Of a DNA stretch of 64,000 bases, positions 37,687 through 47,181 are shown piece after piece. Below the pieces are notes generated by a model. The model saw nothing but the letters and a program-made list of their open reading frames with translations, ran no database searches and was not told the origin of the DNA. A program made the position numbers and the translations under genes. The stretch is taken from assembly GCA_029857955.1 (NCBI GenBank), contig JAOUFY010000002.1, positions 58,141-122,140 of the forward strand, given 5' to 3'. The DNA comes from Spirochaetia bacterium. GTDB taxonomy: Bacteria; Spirochaetota; Leptospiria; Turneriellales; JAOUFE01. Positions within the stretch are counted from its first letter, which is position 1. The number at the start of each line of letters is the position of its first letter.

Positions 37687-40107
37687 TTACTCAATAATTT
37701 TTCTGTATTTATCATAATCGGATTGATTAACAATATCTACCAATTCAAAGATAGTAACAGGCTCTTTTTTCCCCTTTACTCGAATTGAATCAAGTTCTCT
37801 TACAATAACCCGATCTTTTACATGTGCATAAGTATACTCAGATATTATAATTCTAGTTGTATAAACCTTGTTTGTACCTTCAAGACGTGATCCAAGGTTA
37901 ACTGTGTCTCCCATTACAGTATAATCCATTCTGTGAGATGAGCCCATATTTCCAACTACGGCATAACCAGTGTTTAAACCTATACCGATATCAATGATTG
38001 GCCACCCCTGAGTTGCCCATTTTCCTTGTAGAATTTTTAAGGCTTCAAGTTGCTTTAATGAAGCAACACACGCATAATATGCATGATCTTTTAAATCCAG
38101 AGGAGCTCCCCAGAAAGCCATAATAGCATCTCCCATATACTTATCAACAGTACCTTTATAATCAATAACAAGTTCTGTCATGGTCGATAAATAGTCATTT
38201 AACAATTGTACCAAATCTTCAGGACTAAGTGCTTCTGACATCGTAGTAAAACCGCGAATATCAGAAAAAAAGACTGTGATTTCTTTTTTTGCACCACCTA
38301 GCTTTATTGCTTCAGGGTTTGCCAGCATTTCGTTAACAATATCTTTGGAAACAAACTTGGAGAATGTACTACGAATATATTTAACATTTTCTTCTTCAGT
38401 TAAAACCTTATATCCAGTAATTGCAATTAAAATTATCACGATTTGTATGTATGGTGTAAAATACACATGCACGTAATTTAAAACATTAAATGCAAAAAAA
38501 ACTTCAAATGTAAATAGAAATGCAAAAACTGCCGTTCCAAGAAGCACTGTTTTTATATTGTATCTAGGAGCAGCAAAACCTAAAATTAAACCGATTATTA
38601 GATAAATCATAAAATTTACAGGATGATTTGCATAATGTATAAAATCTTGTTTTAATATTGTATTTAATGCATTTGCATGATGTTCAATTCCAGCAACTGC
38701 TCCAAAAGGAGAATTATGAATATCAAATGCCACACCGGTTGCATAATATATGGCAACTAATAATATTTTATTTGCAAATGGATCGTTTCTTCCAAATTCA
38801 CCTTTTTCTGAAGTTGCTAGATCTACAAACGACCAACTAGGAAATGACCATGGTCCACCAATAAATTTTATTCCCATAAACCCTTCCGGATCAATAGGAA
38901 TTGTAATGGTACGTTCTTTGTTAGGTTTAACCATAATATCGTGTTCAGGAACATTTGGGTCAACTCCTATTTTTCTGACTACTGAAGGTATATTTTTAAT
39001 TTTTACATATTCACCAAGTTTAACTTCAATATCTTTTTGAAAATCAACCCCATAATATCTTGCAGCCAGTATTAAATCAATAGATGGATAAATCTTGTTT
39101 TTCCATTTAATTACAAGAGGAATTGATCTATTTACACCGGTTTGCTCTTTACGAATGTTCGCATAACCTATACCTTTTGAGACATTACCTATTGCCGGTA
39201 TAGGTGGTTCTGGATGATTAACCCATTCTTGATCGTTATCATATTTACTGGGAAGTACATTAATAATTTCATATCGATTTAATATATCAATTTTTTTTTG
39301 ATAATCTGACATATCAATATCTTTTTCAGCTAATCGCGATAACTCAAAAGTATAATCCATAACCACATTATTATTGATCGACATTTGATTACTAAGTGTA
39401 GAACTTGCATTACTGATTTGATTTGCACTTACATTGATAGATTCATAGTATCCTTTTGAAATAGATTTTAAAACTCTAGCTCTAACATCATCAATAAGCG
39501 ATAAAACTCCATAATCATTTTTTACTGGATCCATAAAGAAAATATCAAACATAATTGTATTAACTTTTGAGCCTTCCATTGCACCCATAAAATCTGCATA
39601 ATATCGCCAAGGGAAAGGAAATCCCTGATAAGCATTAACAGTTTTTTGATCAATACCAACAATTTCAATTGCCGGATGTGCATCTGGATTCTTGGTATAT
39701 TCTATGACACCACTTTGAACATCTTTAGATTTTATTTGAAATGAAGATAGTCTAAATCTGGCATCAATACTGAATTCCTCAATAGATTTAAGGACTTTCG
39801 TATAATCCATTATAATAAATCCAATCGAAATAATTAAACCAAGAACTATCCCCATTGTCTTATGTCGATCTAAACCCAGAAAATTAACAAATTCCAATAT
39901 TACAACACTAAAAGCGAGAGCTCCAGCAAGTCCCAGCATCTCAAGTACGCCGATTATATCGCCAATTATAAAAACAGGTTTAAGATTAAATATTTGATCA
40001 AGAATAACGGCCAATAAACCGCCAAGAATAAATCCAGACGTTATAAGAGCGTATTTTGACTTTAATGCATCATTTTTAAATTCTATTTTCATGATGACAA
40101 TATTCAT
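37687..40107 (-). CDS. Membrane-bound class III adenylate/guanylate cyclase with CHASE2-like sensor domain
   Basis: CHASE2-type block IVGIDQKTVNAYQGFPFPWRYYADFM...IMFDIFFMDP. Several TM helices. C-terminal cyclase core ITVFFSDIRGFTTMSE...KYMGDAIMAFWGAP...GDTVNLGSRLE. Confidence 0.85.
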   Translation of the reverse strand: MNIVIMKIEFKNDALKSKYALITSGFILGGLLAVILDQIFNLKPVFIIGDIIGVLEMLGLAGALAFSVVILEFVNFLGLDRHKTMGIVLGLIISIGFIIMDYTKVLKSIEEFSIDARFRLSSFQIKSKDVQSGVIEYTKNPDAHPAIEIVGIDQKTVNAYQGFPFPWRYYADFMGAMEGSKVNTIMFDIFFMDPVKNDYGVLSLIDDVRARVLKSISKGYYESINVSANQISNASSTLSNQMSINNNVVMDYTFELSRLAEKDIDMSDYQKKIDILNRYEIINVLPSKYDNDQEWVNHPEPPIPAIGNVSKGIGYANIRKEQTGVNRSIPLVIKWKNKIYPSIDLILAARYYGVDFQKDIEVKLGEYVKIKNIPSVVRKIGVDPNVPEHDIMVKPNKERTITIPIDPEGFMGIKFIGGPWSFPSWSFVDLATSEKGEFGRNDPFANKILLVAIYYATGVAFDIHNSPFGAVAGIEHHANALNTILKQDFIHYANHPVNFMIYLIIGLILGFAAPRYNIKTVLLGTAVFAFLFTFEVFFAFNVLNYVHVYFTPYIQIVIILIAITGYKVLTEEENVKYIRSTFSKFVSKDIVNEMLANPEAIKLGGAKKEITVFFSDIRGFTTMSEALSPEDLVQLLNDYLSTMTELVIDYKGTVDKYMGDAIMAFWGAPLDLKDHAYYACVASLKQLEALKILQGKWATQGWPIIDIGIGLNTGYAVVGNMGSSHRMDYTVMGDTVNLGSRLEGTNKVYTTRIIISEYTYAHVKDRVIVRELDSIRVKGKKEPVTIFELVDIVNQSDYDKYRKIIE

Positions 40108-40177
40108 GTTTTAGGAGCTATGACAATCAAAAAAATAATAATTGACGGTATGATTTCAGGAATTTCTCTGTTTTTAT

Positions 40178-40378
40178 ATGAAACCAGATATTCATCCAAA
40201 TTATGTTGATGCAGTTATTAAATGCGTGTGTGGTCACGAACATATTACACGATCTACCAAAGCTAATATAAATGTTGAAATTTGTTCCAATTGTCATCCA
40301 TTTTTTACTGGAAAAACCAAACTCGTCGATGCAGCAGGACGTGTTGATAAATTCAAGAAAAAATATAAAATGAAATAA
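40178..40378 (+). CDS. rpmE: 50S ribosomal protein L31 (zinc-ribbon form)
   Basis: MKPDIHPNY..., Cys pairs CVCGH and [11 protein letters not shown]. 66 aa. Confidence 0.95.
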   Translation: MKPDIHPNYVDAVIKCVCGHEHITRSTKANINVEICSNCHPFFTGKTKLVDAAGRVDKFKKKYKMK

Positions 40379-40381
40379 CTA

Positions 40382-40420
40382 ATAGATAAAACCTGAATAA
40401 TTAAATCAAGTTTTATCTAT
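40382..40420 (+). terminator. AT-rich hairpin after rpmE (candidate terminator)
   Basis: atagataaaac (40382-40392) / gttttatctat (40410-40420), 17-nt loop, followed by ttaattatt. Confidence 0.35.
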
Positions 40421-40427
40421 TTAATTA

Positions 40428-41783
40428 TTAATTATCCAATAAAATAATTTCAACTCTGCGATTTTTTTTTCTACCAGATGCAGAATCATTATCTGACACA
40501 GGAAATTTTGATCCAGCGCCTTCATATGATAATGATTCAAGTGGTATTTTTAAATTCTTAATTAAATATCGGGCAACGGAATAAGCGCGATTTTTAGATA
40601 ACTCTTCATTAAATTTTATATTTCCAACGTTATCAGTATGTCCCTTAATTAAAAGTTGGTGATCTTTTAAAAACGGATTTAAAATTTTTCCTATATTTTG
40701 TAAAGCAGCAATACTCTCTGATGAAAGTTGAGACGAATTTGTATCGAATAAAATATCAGGAATTTGAACGGAAATACCTTTGTTGGTTGATTCAACACTT
40801 ACATTAATTTCAGGTAATTGAGCAAGTTTATATTCTAAATTTTTACGAATTTCTTCTTTTTTCAACTGGTCGAGTTTTTCCTTTTTATAATAATTTGTTT
40901 TACTTACTATTTTAAATTCATGACTTACACCATTATTATACATTATTACCAGATTATAGTCTTCGGTAGTGTAATATGGAATTCCAGCCTTTTCATCCCA
41001 TAGTAATTTTGCACTTACATAACCAAACATTTGTTTAGGATTATCTGGTTTAAGTGTTTTTTTAAATTTATGATTAAATTCAATATTATATAAAATTTTA
41101 TGTAATATCTTAACAGCGCCTTTATTTGTAATTTTTCTACTTCCTCTATATTCATATTTAACATTTAAAGGCACCTGCTCAATTTCATCAACACGCATAA
41201 TTTCAAATCCAGGAAATACCCATGTATCACCATCTTTTAATTCATTTTTTTTAAAATTAGGATCTTTTTCAAGTGGAAAAACAGGAATATTTCTTACATT
41301 TGGCATATAATTACCTGGTGGAACAATAAATGTACCTCGCGGCTGAATATAAAAACTTGATTCCTGACTATCTTCTTCTTGATATAAATCACTTTGGTTT
41401 TGATTGTAATTAACCTGACTATGAAAAGAACCTTCAACTAAATAACCATTTTGTTGATCAATTCCAATTGTATTTAAAATAATACGGTGTATAACATCGC
41501 GCTGAATATTAGTGGATTGAAACAATTTGTTTGATTCATCTTCACCTGTAATTTTAATATCTTGAATTGATTTTTTTCTGATCTCAATGATATCACCAAT
41601 GTTTAACTTCCAACGGAGTGCTGCTCCTCCTGACATATCTAGACTTTTTTCAAGAACAGGTACTTCGGATAATTTAATCTCGGGGGTACTGTTGAAAGTA
41701 TCTTCTACTTCAGTTTCTTCCTGTGCAATAATTGAAAAGTTAAATAAAGCTATTAGAAGGAATAAATATTTAAATTTTTTCAT
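40428..41783 (-). CDS. OmpA-family protein (unknown N-terminal domain + C-terminal OmpA/MotB peptidoglycan-binding domain)
   Basis: Signal peptide MKKFKYLFLLIALFNFSIIAQ. C-terminus ILFDTNSSQL...GHTDNVG...NEELSKNRAYSVARYL...RRVEIILL. Confidence 0.8.
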   Translation of the reverse strand: MKKFKYLFLLIALFNFSIIAQEETEVEDTFNSTPEIKLSEVPVLEKSLDMSGGAALRWKLNIGDIIEIRKKSIQDIKITGEDESNKLFQSTNIQRDVIHRIILNTIGIDQQNGYLVEGSFHSQVNYNQNQSDLYQEEDSQESSFYIQPRGTFIVPPGNYMPNVRNIPVFPLEKDPNFKKNELKDGDTWVFPGFEIMRVDEIEQVPLNVKYEYRGSRKITNKGAVKILHKILYNIEFNHKFKKTLKPDNPKQMFGYVSAKLLWDEKAGIPYYTTEDYNLVIMYNNGVSHEFKIVSKTNYYKKEKLDQLKKEEIRKNLEYKLAQLPEINVSVESTNKGISVQIPDILFDTNSSQLSSESIAALQNIGKILNPFLKDHQLLIKGHTDNVGNIKFNEELSKNRAYSVARYLIKNLKIPLESLSYEGAGSKFPVSDNDSASGRKKNRRVEIILLDN

Positions 41784-42601
41784 TTTTTATTTTTTTTCTT
41801 AATACCTTTAACCATATAAGTCATTATTTTAATCATAAGCTGCGGCATCATAAATTTTAAAAAATAAAATAACGAAGAATCAAAATTAACAGTAATGATA
41901 AATTTACCTTTTTTTAATTTTTTTATATATCGAATTGCGACTTCTTCAGCACTCATTAGTTTAACTTTACCTGAAAGCAAACGTGTTTCAATTGGTTTCG
42001 TTTTTTCCTCCTCTTCATAACCAGGAGTATCTGTATCTGGTGGGCAAAGCACGCTAATTTGAATATTTTTATCCGTAAGTTCCTGCATAAGTGTTTCTGC
42101 AAAACCAATCAATGCAAAGTTTGGTCCAACATAGGAGCTGTATCCAAATACTCCCATAAAACCAACTACTGACGAAGTAAAGCTAATAAAACCATTGTGA
42201 TTAAGATGCGGATAAACTTCTTTAGTAATATATACTGCTCCAAGGTATTTTACTCTATTTATACTTTCGAATTCAACAATTTGAGTATCTTCGAAGTATT
42301 TTGGGATTGCCATTCCTGCATTACTTATAATTCCATCAATACTACCGGCCTTTTTAACGATATCTTTTACAACCTTTTTTACTTGATTGTAGTTTCCAAT
42401 ATCAGCTGAATGACCTGAAATGTTCCCATTTGGAAATTCAACAGATATTTCTTTTATTAATGCTTTGATAGCTTTTTCATCTCTAGAAATAATAAATACA
42501 TTTGCGCCTTCTTTAATTAAAACTTTTGAAATTTCGGATCCAATTCCTTTACTACCACCTGTAACTATTACATTTTTACCACTTAAAGTTATTTTACCCA
42601 T
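41780..42601 (-). CDS. SDR-family oxidoreductase, 3-ketodihydrosphingosine-reductase (KDSR)-like, lacking the canonical YxxxK lysine
   Basis: TGGSKGIG cofactor loop, SNAG, FTSS. CPPDTDTPGYEEEEKTKPIETRLLSG block, as in KDSR/FVT1 (from memory). The Tyr region reads GYSSYVGPNFAL with no Lys. Hydrophobic C-terminal tail. ATGA overlap with the OmpA-family gene. Confidence 0.75.
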   Translation of the reverse strand: MGKITLSGKNVIVTGGSKGIGSEISKVLIKEGANVFIISRDEKAIKALIKEISVEFPNGNISGHSADIGNYNQVKKVVKDIVKKAGSIDGIISNAGMAIPKYFEDTQIVEFESINRVKYLGAVYITKEVYPHLNHNGFISFTSSVVGFMGVFGYSSYVGPNFALIGFAETLMQELTDKNIQISVLCPPDTDTPGYEEEEKTKPIETRLLSGKVKLMSAEEVAIRYIKKLKKGKFIITVNFDSSLFYFLKFMMPQLMIKIMTYMVKGIKKKNKK

Positions 42602-42700
42602 TATTTTATCCCCTTACTTTTAAATTTTTAGACATATTTTTTACACTGTGTTTATTTTTTTTATTCTTATAAGATGTAACAATCACTATTTTATTAAATA

Positions 42701-44227
42701 CTACTTAACTTTTAATATTACTAAAGTCATATCATCATGTTGTTCTGTACCAAAAGAAAAATTATCTATATCTACCACTATTTTTTTTACAATTTCATCA
42801 ACCCTAAGCGGCGCATATTCAATTACTTTCTCTCTTAAACGATGAACACCAAATTCATTTTTTTCTTTATCCCATGCTTCTGAAACACCATCAGTATAAA
42901 GAACAACCATATCACCTGTTGCAAGTTGAAGTTGTGAATTATGATAAATATTGTCCTCATCAATTCCAAGCGGTAAACCCGTTTGTTTTGAAAGCGTGCA
43001 TACATGGTCTTGTGCCCGATAAATAAATAGAGGTCCTTGACCGCCATTTGCAAATTGAACTGTTTTTGTTTCAGGATCAAATATCGTAAACATCATTGTT
43101 GCAAACTTGTCGATATGCGCTTGTTTTGCCATGATTTTGTTGATTGCTGTTAATATCTCGTCGCATCTAATTTTATGAAATAATTCAATATATGTAACAA
43201 CAACAGTTTTTATCAAAACCATTACAAGCGATGCAGAAATTGATTTTCCTGAAACATCTGAAATAAGTAATGCTAATTTTTCATTAGGCAGTACTTGAAA
43301 ATCAAAATAATCACCCCCAACGCCTTTTGCTGCTCTTGTATAGCCCATTACCTGATATTCATTTTTATCCAACATGTTTAATGGGTTCATTCCCTCTTGA
43401 ATTTCTTTTGCCTGTCTGATTTGTTCGTTTACTAATAACTGCTCTTCTTTTTCTTGTTGAGCATTTTTTAACCCCTCAGTCATTGTATTGAACTGTTTAG
43501 CAAGATCACCTAATTCGTCATTAGTTAATACAGGCACTTTAAAATCCAGGTTACCCTCTCCGATTATTTTTGCCCCATCAACAAGTACTCGTATCGGCCT
43601 GACAATCAAACGACTTAAAAAAAACGAACCAAAACCACCGAGAAACCAAAATCCTATGGTGGTGATGATAAGTTGTCTTGCATTTTTTTTAATTCTTTCA
43701 CTAATAACTTCGTTAGATAAAACAATTTGTACCACACCAAGCAGAGGCGGATCTTGTTTGATAAAAGGATGATAAATTGGATAATATATTACAAATAATT
43801 TAACATCGCGTTTTTGATAATCTAATTGATCTAAATGAGGTTCATTTGATTTTGATAAATTGGTCCAGATTGATTCTGTTACTTGATTTATTGTTTTTTC
43901 AATATATGCTTTTTCATCACTGTAAGACTTATTGATAAACTCTACTGTCGCAACTTTTGTTTTTGGATTTAGCACATGCCCCAACACATAACCGGGCATA
44001 TTTCTCATACTTTGCAGGTTATCCGATATAGCCAGATCGTCATTATCCAGGATTGCTCTGGCAGAGCGAAAACCAAAATTTCTAGCATCATTTTTGGCAT
44101 TTTGAATCATGCTTTCTTTTAATTCATCTGCCTGCTTTTTTGTTATAAATATTCCGATAGAAACAAGAACTATGGTAATTAACAAAAGTATCATCATCAA
44201 TACTTTCCATCGAATGCTGACTCTCAA
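42701..44227 (-). CDS. Membrane sensor HAMP-domain PP2C (SpoIIE/RsbU-type) serine/threonine phosphatase
   Basis: TM1, a periplasmic region of about 150 aa, TM2. HAMP (RPIRVLVDGAKIIGEGNLDFKVP..NDELGDLAKQFNTM). PP2C blocks GGDYFDF, LLISDVSGKS, LYTDGVSEA and QHDDMTLV. Confidence 0.8.
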   Translation of the reverse strand: MRVSIRWKVLMMILLLITIVLVSIGIFITKKQADELKESMIQNAKNDARNFGFRSARAILDNDDLAISDNLQSMRNMPGYVLGHVLNPKTKVATVEFINKSYSDEKAYIEKTINQVTESIWTNLSKSNEPHLDQLDYQKRDVKLFVIYYPIYHPFIKQDPPLLGVVQIVLSNEVISERIKKNARQLIITTIGFWFLGGFGSFFLSRLIVRPIRVLVDGAKIIGEGNLDFKVPVLTNDELGDLAKQFNTMTEGLKNAQQEKEEQLLVNEQIRQAKEIQEGMNPLNMLDKNEYQVMGYTRAAKGVGGDYFDFQVLPNEKLALLISDVSGKSISASLVMVLIKTVVVTYIELFHKIRCDEILTAINKIMAKQAHIDKFATMMFTIFDPETKTVQFANGGQGPLFIYRAQDHVCTLSKQTGLPLGIDEDNIYHNSQLQLATGDMVVLYTDGVSEAWDKEKNEFGVHRLREKVIEYAPLRVDEIVKKIVVDIDNFSFGTEQHDDMTLVILKVK

Positions 44228-44536
44228 TTAATACTCTCCGGACTTTTGTTCATTAATATTACAATTAACGGTAAAGTAACTTTTAATGCAAACACTTTTA
44301 TTTAAATTTACATATAAAAATTCATATCGATTAATGTTAATTTTAATTAAAATAAACCCTTTAGGGCAATAAATTGCTGCGTGTGCCGTAAGCTGGCCAT
44401 ACTATCTACAACCTTGTTTATAAAATTGAGGAATTGTCAATAATATCATTACTTTAATAAATTATTTATTATTTATTATTGAATTTAGTGTAAAATATTT
44501 TAAAAAATTATAACAATATTATAATAAATATATTAT

Positions 44537-45529
44537 ATGGATAAAACAAACAAATACAGTCAGATCATTGCCTGCTTTACATTGCACATTGCAGGTCAAT
44601 CCGGTAAAATGATTTTTAAAAACTTGAGTGTTATCGATCAATTAGATTTCATTAAAGTTGGAGAAACTTTATTTGGAAACAAATTTATCAGTATGATGCA
44701 AAATGCAAAAGAAACATTAAATAATCATTTAGATTGTAATATTAACGTAATCACAGTTATAGAAAATGAATATCCTGTTTTATTAAAAAAATCATTAAAT
44801 CCTCCCCTTGCATTATTTTATATCGGAAATTTAAGTATATTATCAAAACCATTAATTTCAATCGTCGGTACTCGTAAACCATCAATCATTACCATTCATT
44901 GGGTTAAAGAAATTTGCTATTATCTCTCTAAACAAGGCTTTACTCTTGCGTCAGGACTTGCAATTGGTATTGATACAATTGTACATGCCAATTCTTATTT
45001 AAGAGGTACGATCGGAGTTGCAGCACAATCGCTGGATATTAGATCACCCAAAATAAATGCATACTTATTCGAAGAGGCAATGCATAAAAAATCTGAAGTT
45101 TTATTATTAAGCGAATATCCCCTAAAAACTCCAGCAAGAAAGTATCACTTTATCAATCGAAATAGAATAATTGCAGGGATATCAGAGAGTACCATTTTTG
45201 CGGAAGGTGGAATGAACAGCGGTGCAATGATCACTGCAAACTGGTGTTTAAAGAGACAAAAAAAATTATATGCAATACATTCAAAATTTCAAAAAAATAA
45301 TGAAGGAAATAATTATTTATTAAGTACCAACCAGGCTGTAAATATTAGTGAAGCTTTTCCAGTTAATATCTCACGTAAAAAATCTGAAGAAGCCGATGCA
45401 TTTTTTATATATAATACTCCCTATTATTTAGGAGATGATGAATGGTTATTTATTGATAAGAAGAATTTTTCAACAAAATTTCTCTTGTCTGATCAACAGG
45501 ATCCGGATTTTGTACAGTGTATCGACTAA
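44537..45529 (+). CDS. dprA: DNA-processing protein DprA (Smf)
   Basis: IVGTRKPS, SGLAIGIDTIVH, FINRNRIIAGIS, GGMNSGAMITA. Confidence 0.8.
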   Translation: MDKTNKYSQIIACFTLHIAGQSGKMIFKNLSVIDQLDFIKVGETLFGNKFISMMQNAKETLNNHLDCNINVITVIENEYPVLLKKSLNPPLALFYIGNLSILSKPLISIVGTRKPSIITIHWVKEICYYLSKQGFTLASGLAIGIDTIVHANSYLRGTIGVAAQSLDIRSPKINAYLFEEAMHKKSEVLLLSEYPLKTPARKYHFINRNRIIAGISESTIFAEGGMNSGAMITANWCLKRQKKLYAIHSKFQKNNEGNNYLLSTNQAVNISEAFPVNISRKKSEEADAFFIYNTPYYLGDDEWLFIDKKNFSTKFLLSDQQDPDFVQCID

Positions 45530-46223
45530 ATGAAGTAGTTTCTGCTTCTTTTTCCGTGTTTTTATAATCAGTATTTACTTGAATCTTATAGCCTGCTTCA
45601 TCTGCCATCTGAATCATATCTTTAGTGTATGCGCCATATGGCCATGCCCAGGAAACAACTGTTTTACCAATCAAGAATTCAAGTTTTTTTCTTGATAAAA
45701 ATATTTCTTTATAAAATTTTTTCTTGTTACTTTTAAATAATTTTTCCATATCCGAGTGAGAAAATGAGTGTGACCCAATTTCAAAATTATCCGGTAATGA
45801 AGCCATTTCTTTAAATATCCAGGGTTGGTTTTCGTACTTTTCAAGATAAATAAAAAATGTGGCGCCAAATTTATATTTTTTTAACAGCGGAATAGCTATA
45901 GAAAAAATAGATGCATATCCGTCATCAAAAGTTAGTACAATTGGCTGCTTTTTAAATTTTTCATGATTTTGTATTTTAAAATACCAGTCTTTAAGAGAAT
46001 ATACTTCGTATTTGGTTTTTAACATATCAAGAATTTCAATAAATTCTTCTTCCGAAATAGAATATTTACCATCGCCATTTATATCATGAAAACATAAAAT
46101 TATAATATTTCTGCCATCTATATTATTTTTTGGACTGTTGACAGAAAAAATAGAATCATAATTTATTATTGTCACTACAAATATAAAAAATATATTAATA
46201 AATGTACGGTTTAAACTAAACAT
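45450..46223 (-). CDS. Polysaccharide deacetylase (NodB/CE4 family) with signal peptide
   Basis: LTFDDGY and HSFSH motifs. N-terminal hydrophobic signal. Confidence 0.75.
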   Translation of the reverse strand: MFSLNRTFINIFFIFVVTIINYDSIFSVNSPKNNIDGRNIIILCFHDINGDGKYSISEEEFIEILDMLKTKYEVYSLKDWYFKIQNHEKFKKQPIVLTFDDGYASIFSIAIPLLKKYKFGATFFIYLEKYENQPWIFKEMASLPDNFEIGSHSFSHSDMEKLFKSNKKKFYKEIFLSRKKLEFLIGKTVVSWAWPYGAYTKDMIQMADEAGYKIQVNTDYKNTEKEAETTSFSRYTVQNPDPVDQTREILLKNSSYQ

Positions 46224-46488
46224 GAGCGCTGTCCATAGTATATATATTAGAAAAATGAGATATGAAGAAGCAAAAAATTTCTTCAGGGCTGAGCTGGAAA
46301 AATATTTTTTTAGAGGATTTGAATTGGTTGAAGTTGTTCATGGAATAGGTACTTATACTTTGCGAAATATGATCATTGACGAAATTAGTAATCTTGACTA
46401 TGTAAACATTATCGACTCACACAATCCTGGATCTTTATTATTAGAACTTTTAGTTCCCGATAAAAGAACATTACGGAAATTTACATAA
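46222..46488 (+). CDS. Smr-domain protein (small)
   Basis: 88 aa. EEAKNFFRAELEKYFFRGFELVEVVHGIGTYTLRN fits the Smr 'HGxG' core. Confidence 0.55.
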   Translation: MSAVHSIYIRKMRYEEAKNFFRAELEKYFFRGFELVEVVHGIGTYTLRNMIIDEISNLDYVNIIDSHNPGSLLLELLVPDKRTLRKFT

Positions 46489-46489
46489 T

Positions 46490-47083
46490 TTAATCATTTA
46501 ATGATCGCCATTTTGTTATGGTGTCTAAAGCCTTTACAAGATAATCTGTTTCAATATTTACTTTATAGCCAGCTACCCAGTCAGGAATATTTGTTTTTTT
46601 AATGGTTTCTGGAATTATTTGAAATCGGGCACTATTTTTCTGCAACTCATGTATTGTTAAACTTATTCCATCTATGGCAACTGAACCTTTCGGAACTAAA
46701 TACGGAGAAGAAATTTCTATGGTAACATCCCAATGATTTTCATATTTTTCAACATTTTTAACATTTGCCATAGATTCTACATGACCCTGGACAATGTGAC
46801 CACCCAATCGATCACTTGCTCGTAAAGCTCTTTCAAGATTTACCAAACTTCCAGTTTTTAATAAACCTATATTGGTTAGTTTTAATGTTTCTGGTACAGA
46901 AAAAATTGTAAACTGACTGCCGTTATTTTTTTCAACAGTTAAGCAGACACCGTTAACAGCAATACTGTCGCCATTTTTTAAATCTTGTAATACATAATCG
47001 GCTTTAATGGTGATTCTTTTACCATCATTCTTTTCATCGATGTCAATTATTTTTCCAGTTTCTTCAACGATTCCAGTGAACAT
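46490..47083 (-). CDS. ribE: Riboflavin synthase (alpha chain)
   Basis: True start MFTGIVEETGKI at ATG 47083. The 231-aa track ORF is an artefactual extension through the tRNA. Two lumazine-binding repeats (GDSIAVNGVCLTV / GSVAIDGISLTI). Confidence 0.85.
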   Translation of the reverse strand: MFTGIVEETGKIIDIDEKNDGKRITIKADYVLQDLKNGDSIAVNGVCLTVEKNNGSQFTIFSVPETLKLTNIGLLKTGSLVNLERALRASDRLGGHIVQGHVESMANVKNVEKYENHWDVTIEISSPYLVPKGSVAIDGISLTIHELQKNSARFQIIPETIKKTNIPDWVAGYKVNIETDYLVKALDTITKWRSLND

Positions 47084-47101
47084 ATTATTATCTAAATTGA
47101 T

Positions 47102-47172
47102 AGCGGGCGATGGGACTCGAACCCACTCTAAAAGCTTGGAAGGCTTTTGTGCTACCGTTACACCACGCCCGC
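47102..47172 (-). tRNA. tRNA-Gly (anticodon UCC)
   Basis: Hand-folded 71-nt cloverleaf: GCGGGCG-TG-GTGT-AACGGTA-GCAC-A-AAAGC-CTTCCAA-GCTTT-TAGA-GTGGG-TTCGAGT-CCCAT-CGCCCGC-T. Anticodon loop CT-TCC-AA. No encoded CCA. Confidence 0.9.
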
Positions 47173-47181
47173 GATATAAAA

